A stretch of DNA of 38,207 nt from Octopus bimaculoides. Taxonomy: Eukaryota. Under the pieces are notes generated by a model that worked only from the letters and a program-made list of their open reading frames with translations, made no database searches and was not told the DNA's origin. The translations under genes and the position numbers were made by a program. Shown here piece by piece: positions 1 to 11,404 of the stretch. Numbering within the stretch: position 1 is the first letter of the stretch; each line of letters begins with the position of its first letter. The stretch covers positions 21,038,741 to 21,076,947 of the forward strand of contig NC_069007.1 of NCBI RefSeq assembly GCF_001194135.2, written 5' to 3'.

Positions 1-454
1 ACTCTTGGATGAAAAAGTCTAAAACGGTGGAATCCGGCAATAAAATGTAATTCATGATAAAATTATTCTAGTATTTTCTACTTTTCTTATTTTCCTTATA
101 CATCTCAACTCATGTGTTACTTTTCTACCTTCTACACACACATACACATATATATATCTTGTATGGTCGTATATATATTTGTGTATGTACATGTATGTAT
201 ATATAAATGTTACTACACAAGTAGATATGCATGTGCATGTATAGATATGTATATGTATTAATGCAAATGTATATATATATGTTAAAATACCTCTCTGAAT
301 ACACATGTCGGCCAAAACTGAATGACAAACCTTCTGGATGTCTGCATCATCACTGCACTGCATTTAAACAAGAACAACAGCACCAGCACAAATATATCAG
401 GTACAAGAACCCCACCAAAAAAATTAGAGTGATACTCACTGGAACAGATGACAT
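1..454 (-). CDS. Candidate spliced coding fragment of an unidentified gene running off the left edge (exons 498-440, 357-291, 18-<1): MSSVPCSDDADIQKVCHSVLADMCIQRDFFIQE...
   Basis: Three minus-strand segments with consensus AG/GT boundaries (TTTTTCAG, GTGAGT, TGCAG, GTATTT, GTTTTAG) join in compatible phases (0, 1) into an open frame. No family recognised. Confidence 0.35.
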
Positions 455-690
455 CTTTCTTATAAAAACAGAAATCGATTACTTTAGATCATAAATAACT
501 GAAAAACACAAACCAGAGTTGTGTCCCTTCTTTCTGTAATGTCATAAGTGATATTTTAAGGAAAAAATATGGAAAAATTACATAAAACTTTGGAAGCTGA
601 AATCAGTGAAACCATGTCTGGGTCAGTTGAATATTCTTTCCTATACTAAAACAAAATACTTTTTGCTGAAAAGCTCAAAAAAAGTATATA

Positions 691-802
691 GGCACAGGAG
701 TGGCTGTGTGGTAAGTACTTTGCTTACCAACCACATGGGTTTAGGGTCAGTCCCATTGCATGGCACCTTGGGCAAGTGTCTTCTACTATAGCCTTGGGCC
801 GA
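691..802 (+). mobile_element. tRNA-derived SINE family 1, 5' half
   Basis: Head GGCACAGGAGTGGCTGTGTGGTAAG...CCTTGGGCAAGTGTCTTCTACTATAGCC recurs many times in the window (4226, 9418, 24131, 29498, 32755). Confidence 0.8.
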
Positions 803-817
803 TCATATGTATATCGT

Positions 818-1066
818 TCGTTTAACGTCCGCTTTCCATGCTAGCATGGGTTGAACGATTTGACTGAGGACTGGTGAAACCAGATGGCTACACCAGGCTC
901 CAATCTGATTTGGCAGAGTTTCTACAGCTGGATGCCCTTCCTAACGCCAACCACTCAGAGAGTGTAGTGGGTGCTTTTACGTGTCACCCGCACGAAGGCC
1001 AGTCAGGTGGTACTGGCAACGGCCACGCTCAAAATGGTGCATTTTACATGCCACCCGCACAAGAGC
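818..1066 (-). mobile_element. RTE-type LINE 3' UTR fragment (young copy)
   Basis: Reverse complement carries AGGAAGGGCATCCAGC; other copies of the family end in a (GAT)n tail. 242/249 identical to 15398-15646. Confidence 0.7.
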
Positions 1067-1205
1067 ATATTTGCGTATAAATTGCATACTTACAGAATCC
1101 AAACTCCTTTGAAGTGCAATACCAGGCCCCTGGAACTGACACCTGCCATGCTAGGACTTCCACACAGTTTCTGTCTAAGAATTTGCTTACAAGGCACATT
1201 ACTCA

Positions 1206-1431
1206 NNNNNNNNNNNNNNNNNNNNNNNNNNNNNNNNNNNNNNNNNNNNNNNNNNNNNNNNNNNNNNNNNNNNNNNNNNNNNNNNNNNNNNNNNNNNNNN
1301 NNNNNNNNNNNNNNNNNNNNNNNNNNNNNNNNNNNNNNNNNNNNNNNNNNNNNNNNNNNNNNNNNNNNNNNNNNNNNNNNNNNNNNNNNNNNNNNNNNNN
1401 NNNNNNNNNNNNNNNNNNNNNNNNNNNNNNN
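1206..1431. other. Assembly gap (others: 3416-3918, 5533-6481, 12626-12949, 14009-14043, 22141-22150, 30057-30378)
   Basis: Runs of N. Confidence 1.
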
Positions 1432-1596
1432 ACTCAACCTGGAGTTGTAGTAGAAGACACCTGCCCAGGGTGCGACATGGGTGGGAAGGGTGAACACCCC
1501 CTCCCCCCCAACCCCCCCAGTCTTGCAAAGAGAGCTTCTTAACCACACTCATTTCTGCCCTACTCCAACTGTCTACCAATTCTACCAATGTATCAC

Positions 1597-2010
1597 CCCA
1601 CCGTAACCACACTACTACCACAACCACTACTGCAACCACCACCACTACCACCACTTGTTACTGTTGTTGTAAATTGATAACGATGAGAAGCAGTGATTAA
1701 TCTTTCGCACAAGACAGTCTGTTACATCACACTGAAGATAATTTCTTGATTGCATTACAGTTACACGTGACTCCTGTCACTGGCAGACACGCCCCCTCGG
1801 GTGTTGAGGGAGGGCAGTAACTCTAACCTTCTTTGAGTGATAAAATGTGACCGATATAATTTTGGATACAATGGCTGATATGCTTTAGCTGTAGATCTGT
1901 TTGATTAGTGATGACAGCGACAATAGCAACAGCCACAACACCAGCAACAACAAACACAACAATATCAACAATAACAACAATCATAACAACAACAAACATA
2001 ATAACACTAC
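1597..2010. repeat. Low-complexity (CCA/CTA)n and (CAA)n trinucleotide tracts
   Basis: Visible degenerate triplet repeats at about 1597-1655 and 1915-2010. Confidence 0.8.
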
Positions 2011-2069
2011 CAATTGTGTTGAGTCAAAAGTTTTGTAATATTTCAGTAACTTTAATGTAATGAGCTGGG

Positions 2070-2280
2070 GGAATCGTTAGCACACCAGGCAAAATGCTTA
2101 GTGGTATTTTGTCCATCTTTACGTTCTGGGTTCAAATCCCACCAAGGTTGATTCTGCCTTTTTTTCCTTTCAGGGTTGATGAAATAAAATACCAGTTGAG
2201 TACTGGGGGCGATTTACTTGACTTAGCCTCTCTCCCAAAACTGTTGGCCTTGGGCCAAAATTTGACAGGTTCTGGAAGCT
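2070..2280 (+). mobile_element. tRNA-derived SINE family 2
   Basis: GAATCGTTAGCAC...AAAATGCTTAG...TTCAAAT...CCTTTCAGGGT...GTACTGGGG core, shared with copies at 2681, 19683, 21590, 26872 (+) and 2531, 4030, 9667, 11873, 26597 (-). Confidence 0.8.
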
Positions 2281-2351
2281 GGCTCTTGGTTAATTGGTTA
2301 ACCATTGCTTCTGTACGTTTAGGATTGCAGAGAAATATTTCTCTCAGATTC

Positions 2352-2821
2352 ATCATCATCATCATCATTTAATGTCTGCTTTCCATGCTAGCATGGGTTG
2401 GATGATTTGACTGAGGACTGGTGGACCAGTCCTCAACTGGTACTTAATTTGTTGACCCTGAAAGGATGAAGGGCAAAGTCAACCTCAGCGGACGTTAAAC
2501 GATGATGATGATGATGATAATAATAATAATCCTTTCTATTATAGGCACAAGGCCTGAAATTTTGGGGGAAGGTACTTAATTTACCGACCCCAAAAGGATG
2601 AAAGGTAAAGTGGACCTTGGCGGAATTTAAACTCAGAACATAGCCGCAGACGAAATATTGCAAAGTATTTCACCCATCGCTACGTTCAAATTCTGCCGAG
2701 GTCGACTTTGCCTTTCATCCTTTCAGGGTCAACAAATTAAGTACCAGTTGAGTACTGGGGTCGATGTGATCGATTATCCCCCTCCCCACAAATTTCAGGC
2801 CTTATGCCTATAATAGAAAGG

Positions 2822-2830
<9 letters not shown>
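2352..2830. mobile_element. Nested mosaic: RTE 3' tails in both orientations plus a head-to-head SINE2 pair
   Basis: (CAT)n-TTTAATGTC at 2352 and GGACGTTAAAC-(GAT)n at 2491; SINE2 minus at 2531-2680 followed by SINE2 plus at 2681-2822. Confidence 0.7.
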
Positions 2831-2860
<30 letters not shown>

Positions 2861-2915
2861 GGTGGCGGTGGTGCTGGTGCTGGTAGAATGGTGGTGGTAG
2901 TAGTAGTAGTAGTGA
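2820..2915. repeat. (ATT)n / (GGT)n / (AGT)n microsatellites
   Basis: Direct reading. Confidence 0.9.
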
Positions 2916-3163
2916 GGCCCTAAGAATCGGCAGCAATTCCTTTCACAGCTGCTGAAGTTCTCACCGATTATCAGAAGAGTTCTTTTGTGCTAAGATTCCA
3001 GTTTAAAAAATGTTGTTTTTTTTATTTTAGATTGCTTTTCTTTTTCTTCCTCCCCCTCCTTAAGTCATTGCTACCCCTTGTTGATATATTAAACAATTAT
3101 CTCTACTAATCAACTTTCTGCAAAACTTGTCATACAGTGATTATTTGGGTGATAAGGAACCCC

Positions 3164-3200
3164 TATAAATTGGCTGTGTAACATCTACAGATATTCATTT
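3164..3200 (+). promoter_or_regulatory. Candidate TATA box and initiator of pacifastin-like gene 1
   Basis: TATAAAT at 3164-3170 and Inr-like TCATTT at 3195-3200, 22 nt before the ATG at 3222; GATAAG at 3151. Confidence 0.5.
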
Positions 3201-3221
3201 TGCTCTGGAAAACTGAAGAAG

Positions 3222-3270
3222 ATGATTAAGTTAGCCATTCTCTCCTGCCTTGTGCTTGCTGCGTTCGCAG
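3222..3270 (+). CDS. Gene 1 exon 1: signal peptide [16 protein letters not shown]
   Basis: ATG at 3222; donor CAG|GTAAGA at 3271; phase 1. Confidence 0.85.
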
Positions 3271-4190
3271 GTAAGACAAATATTTTCATTTTTGTATTCG
3301 GTTTGCAAGGTTCTTGACGTGAACAGATTTCGTTGTGTCTTGGGAGGGTCATTATGTCAATGATGAACACATGCACTGGTTCAGTTTCACTTCTATATTG
3401 GTTTCAAATTTTGGTNNNNNNNNNNNNNNNNNNNNNNNNNNNNNNNNNNNNNNNNNNNNNNNNNNNNNNNNNNNNNNNNNNNNNNNNNNNNNNNNNNNNN
3501 NNNNNNNNNNNNNNNNNNNNNNNNNNNNNNNNNNNNNNNNNNNNNNNNNNNNNNNNNNNNNNNNNNNNNNNNNNNNNNNNNNNNNNNNNNNNNNNNNNNN
3601 NNNNNNNNNNNNNNNNNNNNNNNNNNNNNNNNNNNNNNNNNNNNNNNNNNNNNNNNNNNNNNNNNNNNNNNNNNNNNNNNNNNNNNNNNNNNNNNNNNNN
3701 NNNNNNNNNNNNNNNNNNNNNNNNNNNNNNNNNNNNNNNNNNNNNNNNNNNNNNNNNNNNNNNNNNNNNNNNNNNNNNNNNNNNNNNNNNNNNNNNNNNN
3801 NNNNNNNNNNNNNNNNNNNNNNNNNNNNNNNNNNNNNNNNNNNNNNNNNNNNNNNNNNNNNNNNNNNNNNNNNNNNNNNNNNNNNNNNNNNNNNNNNNNN
3901 NNNNNNNNNNNNNNNNNNTTTCATTTTTGTATTCGGTTTGCAAGGTTCTTGACGTGAACAGATTTCGTTGTGTCTTGGGAGGGTCATTATGTCAATGATG
4001 AACACATGCACTGGTTCAGTTTCACTTCTATATTGGTTTCAAATTTTGGTACAAGGACAGCAGGTTCAAGGGATGGGGTGAGTTGATTGCATCAATTCCA
4101 GTGCTCAACTGGCACTTATTTTATTGGCCCCCGAAAGGATGAAAAGCAAAGTTGACCTCAACCGAATTTGAACTCAGAATTCAAGGATTG

Positions 4191-4223
<33 letters not shown>

Positions 4224-6893
4224 TACGACGGGCTTCTTTCAGTTTCCGTCTACCAAATCCACTCACAAGGCTTTGGTCGTCCCGAGGCTATAGTAGAAGA
4301 CACTTGCCTAAGGTGCCACGCAGTGGGACTGAACCCGGAACCATGTGGTTGGTGAGCAAGCTACTTACCACATAGCCACTCCTGCGCCTATTAACGTAAT
4401 TCTTAATTATTTCCCATTTAATTATCTTTTTAATCCCTGTCATTTTTGGCTTTTTTGCAGCTGATAAATGCCACCACAATGGCAAAACCTACAACATTGG
4501 CCAAATGTTTAAGGATGATTGCAACCTTTGTTTCTGTGGTGCAAACGGCGCAGTGAGTTGCACCAAGAAATTTTGCCCTCCAAATCATTCAGGTAATTTG
4601 ATTTTTTAATTATATTTCTTTCTTTAATTCAAACTCTGACAGCTAATTGGCTGAGGGTCAGGATATTGGCCTGCCAGCTCAGAAATCTTGATTCTGGGCA
4701 CTTTCTTTCTTTCTTTCTTTCTACTGTCCCTATCTTCCTTAACCTTTTAACATTTAAGCCAGCCATATCAGGCACAAATATTCTCTCTGTTTTACAATCA
4801 AACAACTAGCCAGATCTGGCCTCTCACACCTACCCTACAATGTCATTCTAACAATAAACAGCCACATCTTTGAAAACTCGATGCTATGAGACAATGCATG
4901 ATTTAATTCAAAACAATGTGATGTTGTAATGATAGAAGTACTTAACTAACTTAAAAGTCTGTACTCTGTGCGTACTTTTAAACTAGCTCCTGCAGAGGAC
5001 TAATTGGGTCCTGCAGACCAAAACTAAATAGCATGACTAAAATACGTCTATAATGACTGTATGCCCCAGTGGTGTTTGATCAGAGGTTAAGGACGGATGA
5101 GAATTAATTCTATGATGTTATGTTGAACTTAATTTTATCTTCCTTCAGTCACTACACAAAATCAGCCAAAGATGTTGAATGTCTCTTAAGGATTCTATTG
5201 AAGTTGGCAATATGGTTGCAATAATGATTCTAATGTATGTGTATGCATATATATATATATATATGTATATATATATGTATGTATATATATATGTATGTAT
5301 GTATGTATATATATATATATATACCCGTCAGAGTGTAAGTATCTTGAGAGAAAAGCTGAACATTAGAAGCATCAGTTGTGGCGTGCAAGAGAGACGATTG
5401 CGCTGGTATGGACATGTGGTGAGAATGGATGAGGATAGCTGCGTGAAAAAGTGCCACACCCTAACAGTTGAGGGAACCCGTGGAAGAGGTAGGCCCAGGA
5501 AGACCTGGGCTGAGGTGGTGAGGCAAGACTTTNNNNNNNNNNNNNNNNNNNNNNNNNNNNNNNNNNNNNNNNNNNNNNNNNNNNNNNNNNNNNNNNNNNN
5601 NNNNNNNNNNNNNNNNNNNNNNNNNNNNNNNNNNNNNNNNNNNNNNNNNNNNNNNNNNNNNNNNNNNNNNNNNNNNNNNNNNNNNNNNNNNNNNNNNNNN
5701 NNNNNNNNNNNNNNNNNNNNNNNNNNNNNNNNNNNNNNNNNNNNNNNNNNNNNNNNNNNNNNNNNNNNNNNNNNNNNNNNNNNNNNNNNNNNNNNNNNNN
5801 NNNNNNNNNNNNNNNNNNNNNNNNNNNNNNNNNNNNNNNNNNNNNNNNNNNNNNNNNNNNNNNNNNNNNNNNNNNNNNNNNNNNNNNNNNNNNNNNNNNN
5901 NNNNNNNNNNNNNNNNNNNNNNNNNNNNNNNNNNNNNNNNNNNNNNNNNNNNNNNNNNNNNNNNNNNNNNNNNNNNNNNNNNNNNNNNNNNNNNNNNNNN
6001 NNNNNNNNNNNNNNNNNNNNNNNNNNNNNNNNNNNNNNNNNNNNNNNNNNNNNNNNNNNNNNNNNNNNNNNNNNNNNNNNNNNNNNNNNNNNNNNNNNNN
6101 NNNNNNNNNNNNNNNNNNNNNNNNNNNNNNNNNNNNNNNNNNNNNNNNNNNNNNNNNNNNNNNNNNNNNNNNNNNNNNNNNNNNNNNNNNNNNNNNNNNN
6201 NNNNNNNNNNNNNNNNNNNNNNNNNNNNNNNNNNNNNNNNNNNNNNNNNNNNNNNNNNNNNNNNNNNNNNNNNNNNNNNNNNNNNNNNNNNNNNNNNNNN
6301 NNNNNNNNNNNNNNNNNNNNNNNNNNNNNNNNNNNNNNNNNNNNNNNNNNNNNNNNNNNNNNNNNNNNNNNNNNNNNNNNNNNNNNNNNNNNNNNNNNNN
6401 NNNNNNNNNNNNNNNNNNNNNNNNNNNNNNNNNNNNNNNNNNNNNNNNNNNNNNNNNNNNNNNNNNNNNNNNNNNNNNNNNTATATATATATAATTTTAG
6501 TTAAGGGCTACTGGAAATGACCAGTGCCAATGCTAGAAATAGGTGTCAAATACCTACAATCCACTCTACAATTTCTGTATGTGTTGACAGGTTATTCTGG
6601 AGAAGTCTGCCACCACAAAGGAAAAGTTTACAAAGTTGGAGAAGCCTTCAAAGACGACTGCAACAGATGTTTCTGTGGTTCCAATAATGTTATAGGCTGC
6701 ACTAAGATGCTGTGTCCACCACATGGACAGATTGGTAAGGGAACAAATAAATTCTATCGTATCTCAGTCTTCTGTTAATATTTCCATTCTTTTCTAGGGT
6801 TGTTTTGTTAGAATGAAGGGCCAAGCTCACATCGTCTGCTCCCATTGAGGTATGGTCCCAGGTTTTCTAGGGGCCTCCATTTAATTATGCATT

Positions 6894-6925
<32 letters not shown>

Positions 6926-7462
6926 ACATAGATATATATTTATACATATATATATATATATATATATACACGCACACACATAGAAGTATACACATATATA
7001 TATTTAATGTATGTATTGACAGAATATTCTGAACAAGTTTGCCACCTCAAAGGAAAAGTATACAAAGTTGGAGAAACCTTCAAAGACGACTGCAACAGAT
7101 GTTTCTGTGGTGTCAATGGTATAATAGCTTGTACTAGGATGCTGTGTCCCCCACATGGTCATATTGGTAAGGGAACAAATTTTAACATCTCTTCGTCTTC
7201 TGTTTATATTTCCATTCTTTTCTTGGATTGTTTCATAAGAATATTAAGTTGGCCACAGCACACAGTTTTCTAAACTGAGGAATGAGGGGCAAAACTGATT
7301 TCAATAGGATTTTGAATTGAGAACCAAAAAAGGGGTCGAAACTACCATAAGATATTTTGTCTCAAACTCCCTCAAATCTGCTAATGTTTTACCTACTATA
7401 TATATATACATATATATAAATGTGTGTATGTGTGTGTTTGTGTGTATATATACATATATACA

Positions 7463-7530
<68 letters not shown>

Positions 7531-8963
7531 AAAGGAAACAGAAAATAGAGAAATATTGATCAACAACAACTAACTGTTTATCTTTGTCATTACCTGTAAT
7601 CTATGAACATAATGTGTTTGCATATGTAATTATACCTGTAGTATAAATGATACTTTTATCCCTTAGATGGTTATTCCAGCCTCTAACTCTACTAACTGAT
7701 ATATATATATGTATATATAATAGTTTCTTTCTACCAAATCCATTCACAAGGCATTAGCTGGCCCAAGGCTATAGCAGAAGACGTTTGCCCAAGGTGCACA
7801 GAAACATGTGGTTGGGAAGCAATAGATAATAAATTTCTTTTGGTGTCTGTCCACAAACCTACTCAAAGGACTTTGGCCAGCTACAGAAGAAGACACTTGC
7901 CCAAGGTGCCATGCAATAATAGTAACTGAACTCAAGGCCACATGATTGGGAAGAAAACTCTTTAACCACACATCCATACAAAATAATGGCTCCATTTATA
8001 GAATATCTTTATCTTATTCCATTGCAGATTATAGTGACAGTGGTGTGTGTAATCACAATGGCCAAGTTTACAAAGTTGGAGACAGTTTCAAAGATGACTG
8101 TAACAGCTGTTTCTGTGGAGAAAATGGCGTTGTAGGCTGCACCAAAATGGCCTGCGTCCACAGAGGTAGGTTTGGTGTTAGACCAATGCAAATTTTGCAT
8201 ATTAAACTATCATATAATCAGGGCCATCTTAAGGAGTGTTGATAGGGGCCTTGGGGGATCTTGAGCCCCAATTTTGATTTTTTTTGATTGTTTGGAAAAT
8301 AATGGCCAATTTTTAAAATAAGCCTATATTCTTGTAAAACTGAACTTATACAAAGGTTTAATAATTCAATGATCCCTGAATGGCTATGCATTTCTCCCAT
8401 CGATTAACAAGGCCATTGCTGTCAACAATTATGTTATCATATTATTACTGTCAATAATTATATAGCATGGAACCCAGTCATTCCTTTGTCCAAGGGTTTC
8501 ATGGGTATAAGGGCCTAATTCTGATCTATGTATGCTATGGTTTGCTGTCAATAAATAAATACCAGAGGGCCCAGTCATTGATTTGTTTGGGGATCTCTTG
8601 GGTGTAGGGGCCTAATTCTGATCTGTATATTCTATGGTTTGCAGTTAATAAATAAATATTATAGGGCCCAGTGCATTGATTTATCCAGAGCAGTCATAGG
8701 TCTAGGGGCCCAGTTCTAATCTACAGCCATGGCCAAAAGTTTGGAACATTTAAAAAACAAATTATCTTGTTATACAATTCGATTTAATATGTAATTGTCT
8801 TTTGTCATCATCTGACAACACTTTGCTTATGGTTCTTTCAGGTTGTCTTTTCAAAAACAAATTGTATAAGACAGGAGAGACTTTCACAAATGACTGCAAC
8901 AAATGTATTTGTGGAGCTACAGGACAAGCAGTTTGTACAATGAAGGGATGTATTCATGAATAG
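3222..8963 (+). CDS. Gene 1: secreted five-domain pacifastin-like (VWC-like N-terminus) serine-protease-inhibitor-like protein, 242 aa; join(3222-3270,4461-4592,6591-6734,7023-7166,8028-8165,8842-8963)
   Basis: All introns are GT-AG and phase 1, and the joined CDS is 729 nt and open. Signal peptide [16 protein letters not shown]. Five repeats of C-x16-C-N-x-C-x-C-x7-C-T-x3-C. Extra exons could lie in gaps. Confidence 0.88.
4030..4388 (-). mobile_element. SINE2 fragment (4030-4180) and SINE1 5' half (4226-4388) separated by (TA)n
   Basis: Reverse-complement matches to the SINE cores seen elsewhere in the window. Confidence 0.75.
4461..4592 (+). CDS. Gene 1 exon 2: domain 1, [44 protein letters not shown] (predicted P1 Lys)
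   Basis: TTTTTTGCAG acceptor, GTAATT donor, 132 nt, phase 1-1. Confidence 0.9.
4739..4925 (+). mobile_element. Possible piggyBac-like MITE fragment
   Basis: Begins TTAA-CCTTTT, resembling the TTAA target and CCC terminus of piggyBac elements. The right end is not clear. Confidence 0.3.
5324..5532 (+). mobile_element. RTE-clade LINE ORF C-terminal fragment (truncated by gap)
   Basis: Open frame ...[47 protein letters not shown], the typical RLRWxGHV...[12 protein letters not shown] tail of RTE ORFs. Confidence 0.85.
6591..6734 (+). CDS. Gene 1 exon 3: domain 2, [48 protein letters not shown] (P1 Lys)
   Basis: TTGACAG acceptor, GTAAGG donor, 144 nt, phase 1-1. Confidence 0.92.
6893..7005. 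repeat. (CA)n/(TA)n microsatellite between duplicated exons (others at 7400-7525, 11020-11165, 13515-13605, 16240-16320)
   Basis: Direct reading. Confidence 0.9.
7023..7166 (+). CDS. Gene 1 exon 4: domain 3, [48 protein letters not shown] (P1 Arg)
   Basis: TTGACAG acceptor, GTAAGG donor, 144 nt; 123/144 identical to exon 3. Confidence 0.92.
7730..7975 (-). mobile_element. Two tandem partial SINE1 head fragments
   Basis: Repeated ...GAAGACACTTGCCCAAGGTG... segments in reverse orientation. Confidence 0.65.
8028..8165 (+). CDS. Gene 1 exon 5: domain 4, [46 protein letters not shown] (P1 Lys)
   Basis: CATTGCAG acceptor, GTAGGT donor, 138 nt, phase 1-1. Confidence 0.92.
8473..8720 (+). repeat. 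~97-bp minisatellite, about 2.6 units
   Basis: CCCAGT(G)CATT at 8473, 8570 and 8667; shared GGGCCTAATTCTGATCT and AATAAATAAATA blocks. Confidence 0.8.
8722..8760 (+). mobile_element. Tc1/mariner-like terminal fragment
   Basis: TA followed by CAGCCATGGCCAAAAGTTT, resembling Tc1-type TIR starts. No partner end found. Confidence 0.4.
8842..8963 (+). CDS. Gene 1 exon 6: domain 5, [40 protein letters not shown] (P1 Met)
   Basis: TTCTTTCAG acceptor; TAG at 8961-8963; exon continues to 8971 with donor GTGAGT at 8972. Confidence 0.9.
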
Positions 8964-8986
8964 AACGACTGGTGAGTCTTCAACAT

Positions 8987-9203
8987 CTCTTTTACTCTCT
9001 TACTTGTTTCAGTCTTTTGACTGCGGCCATGCTGGAGCACCGCCTTTTAGTCGAGCAAATCGACCCCAGGACTTATTCTTTGTAAGCCTAGTACTTATTC
9101 TATCCGTCTCTTTTGTCGAACTGCTAAGTTACAGGGACGTAAACACACCAGCATCGGTTGTCAAGCGATGTTGGGGGGGGGGGACAAACACAGACACACA
9201 CAA

Positions 9204-9264
<61 letters not shown>

Positions 9265-9418
9265 CGACGGGTTTCTTTCAGTTTCCGTCTACCAAATCCA
9301 CTCACAAGGCTTTGGTTGACCCGAGGCTATAATAGAAGACACTTGCCCAAGGTGCCACGCAGTGGGACTGAACCTGGAACCATGTGGTTGGTAAGCAAGC
9401 TACTTACCACACAGCCAC
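8987..9418 (-). mobile_element. Near full-length SINE1 with internal (CA)/(TA) tract, inside the 3' UTR intron of gene 1
   Basis: Head, core and tail all present on the minus strand. Confidence 0.85.
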
Positions 9419-9666
9419 ATAATGAGGGCACATGGCTTAGTGATTAACAACTGAATTATGTTATACAAAATATATCTTTATATTAAGCCTATATGTAACA
9501 TTGATGTTTATCCTAAACATCCATGCTTGTTTCCAGGCTTTTCTTTAGCCCTTGTTTCACACATTCTGAGTAATGTAAAGCTTTCTTTTCATTGAAAATG
9601 AAAATTGGCTAATGTGTATCATATATAAGGCTCAGTTGCCATGGAAATATTCCCCATGTATAGATA

Positions 9667-9882
9667 CTGGTTTCAAATTTTGGCACAAGGCCAGCAAGAT
9701 TGAGGGCGTGAGTAAGTCGATAACATCAACCTCAGTGCTTAACTGGTACTTATTTTATCGACCCTGAAATGATGAAAGGCAAAGTTGACCCAGGAAGAAT
9801 TTGAACTCAGAGCATAAAGATGAACAAAATGCTGCTAAGTGCTCTGCCCAGGAAGTTAATGATTCTGCCATCCTGCCACCTT
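9667..9882 (-). mobile_element. SINE2
   Basis: Reverse complement of the SINE2 core. Confidence 0.75.
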
Positions 9883-10077
9883 TATACTGACAGATATTGT
9901 GTATTATAATTGTTAAAGTAGGCATCTGGCAAATGATAGAGGTACAGGGTTCAAATCTCTTCAGATTCTATTAATCTTTTATTAGAATGAAAGATCATAG
10001 AATCGGAAGAGACCTTAAAATGAAATCCCTTATATGCTGTTTGTATGATTAACTTTTCTCTTTTTTTTATATTTCAG

Positions 10078-10200
10078 GGGTTAGATTAAATTCCAGTGAG
10101 ACCAAGAAAATTCCAGAATAAACCGAAGGGAAATTTTGGCCTGATTTGGAAAGGAACAATTCAAAGAAATAAAATTCCTAAAATATTGTTAATATTTGAA
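10078..10200 (+). other. Gene 1 non-coding terminal exon with poly(A) signals (AATAAA at 10117 and 10168)
   Basis: Long pyrimidine tract + TTTCAG acceptor at 10077; homologous to 16639-16760. Confidence 0.75.
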
Positions 10201-10235
10201 TTTATTCATTTATTTTGTCGTCATCATCATCATTG

Positions 10236-10445
10236 TCATTTTTTTATTCATTTTCCATGCTGGCATGGATAGGAAAGTCTGATAGGATTCAAAGGGTTGA
10301 TCGACCATAGATCCCCCACAATGTCTCCCTTTTGGCATGGTTTTCTTTGCAGCTGGATGTCCTTCATGATGCCAACCGCTTTACACAGTGTATTAGCTGC
10401 ATTTTATGGTACCAGCACTGTAGAGGTTGCCTTACCATCTACAGG
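10236..10445 (-). mobile_element. Old RTE 3' UTR fragment
   Basis: TTTCCATGCTGGCATGG...CAGCTGGATGTCCTTC...GCCAACC, a diverged match to 818-1066. Confidence 0.6.
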
Positions 10446-10734
10446 ACCAGAGACTTCTCTTAAGTCTTACATTGCAGAATTATTCAATGAAAATAGCAGC
10501 TAGTGTAGAAAGGAAAGATTAGTTTGGGTAAAATAGAATTTAGATTAGAAAAACAAGAGCAGATAGAATATATATCTAAAAGAAACATGGTTCCAGAGAA
10601 AGCAGAGAATTGAGAAAAAATGGATGAAAAGAAACAAGTTACATAGGATAAAGCAACCACAAGACCCAATTGATAACAATTACATGTTGTCGAGGAAAGA
10701 TAACAGCAGATACATAAATAACTTAGTAATGAGA

Positions 10735-11195
<461 letters not shown>

Positions 11196-11404
11196 ATACT
11201 CAGAGCAATACCAGCTCAACTTCATGTTCCCAATGGTATGTTTATAAAGTTACGAAATCATGTAAAAAGAGGTTTATACTGAAAATCCAATTTTAATCTT
11301 TCTCTTAATTCTGCCAGAGAAATCAGTAAATATTCATAGCTGTTACTGTTTACTTTTCGAAGTGCTTTAGAAAATAAAAGATATTACAACCTGATTAATA
11401 TGTT

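Noticed and set aside
1760-1830. CACGTGAC E-box and CACGCCCCC GC-box cluster
   Set aside because: Short motifs without an identifiable TSS or conservation evidence.
5149-5190. TTCCTTCAG acceptor-like site in gene 1 intron 2
   Set aside because: Phase-1 reading hits TAA after 12 codons, with no Cys pattern and no suitable donor.
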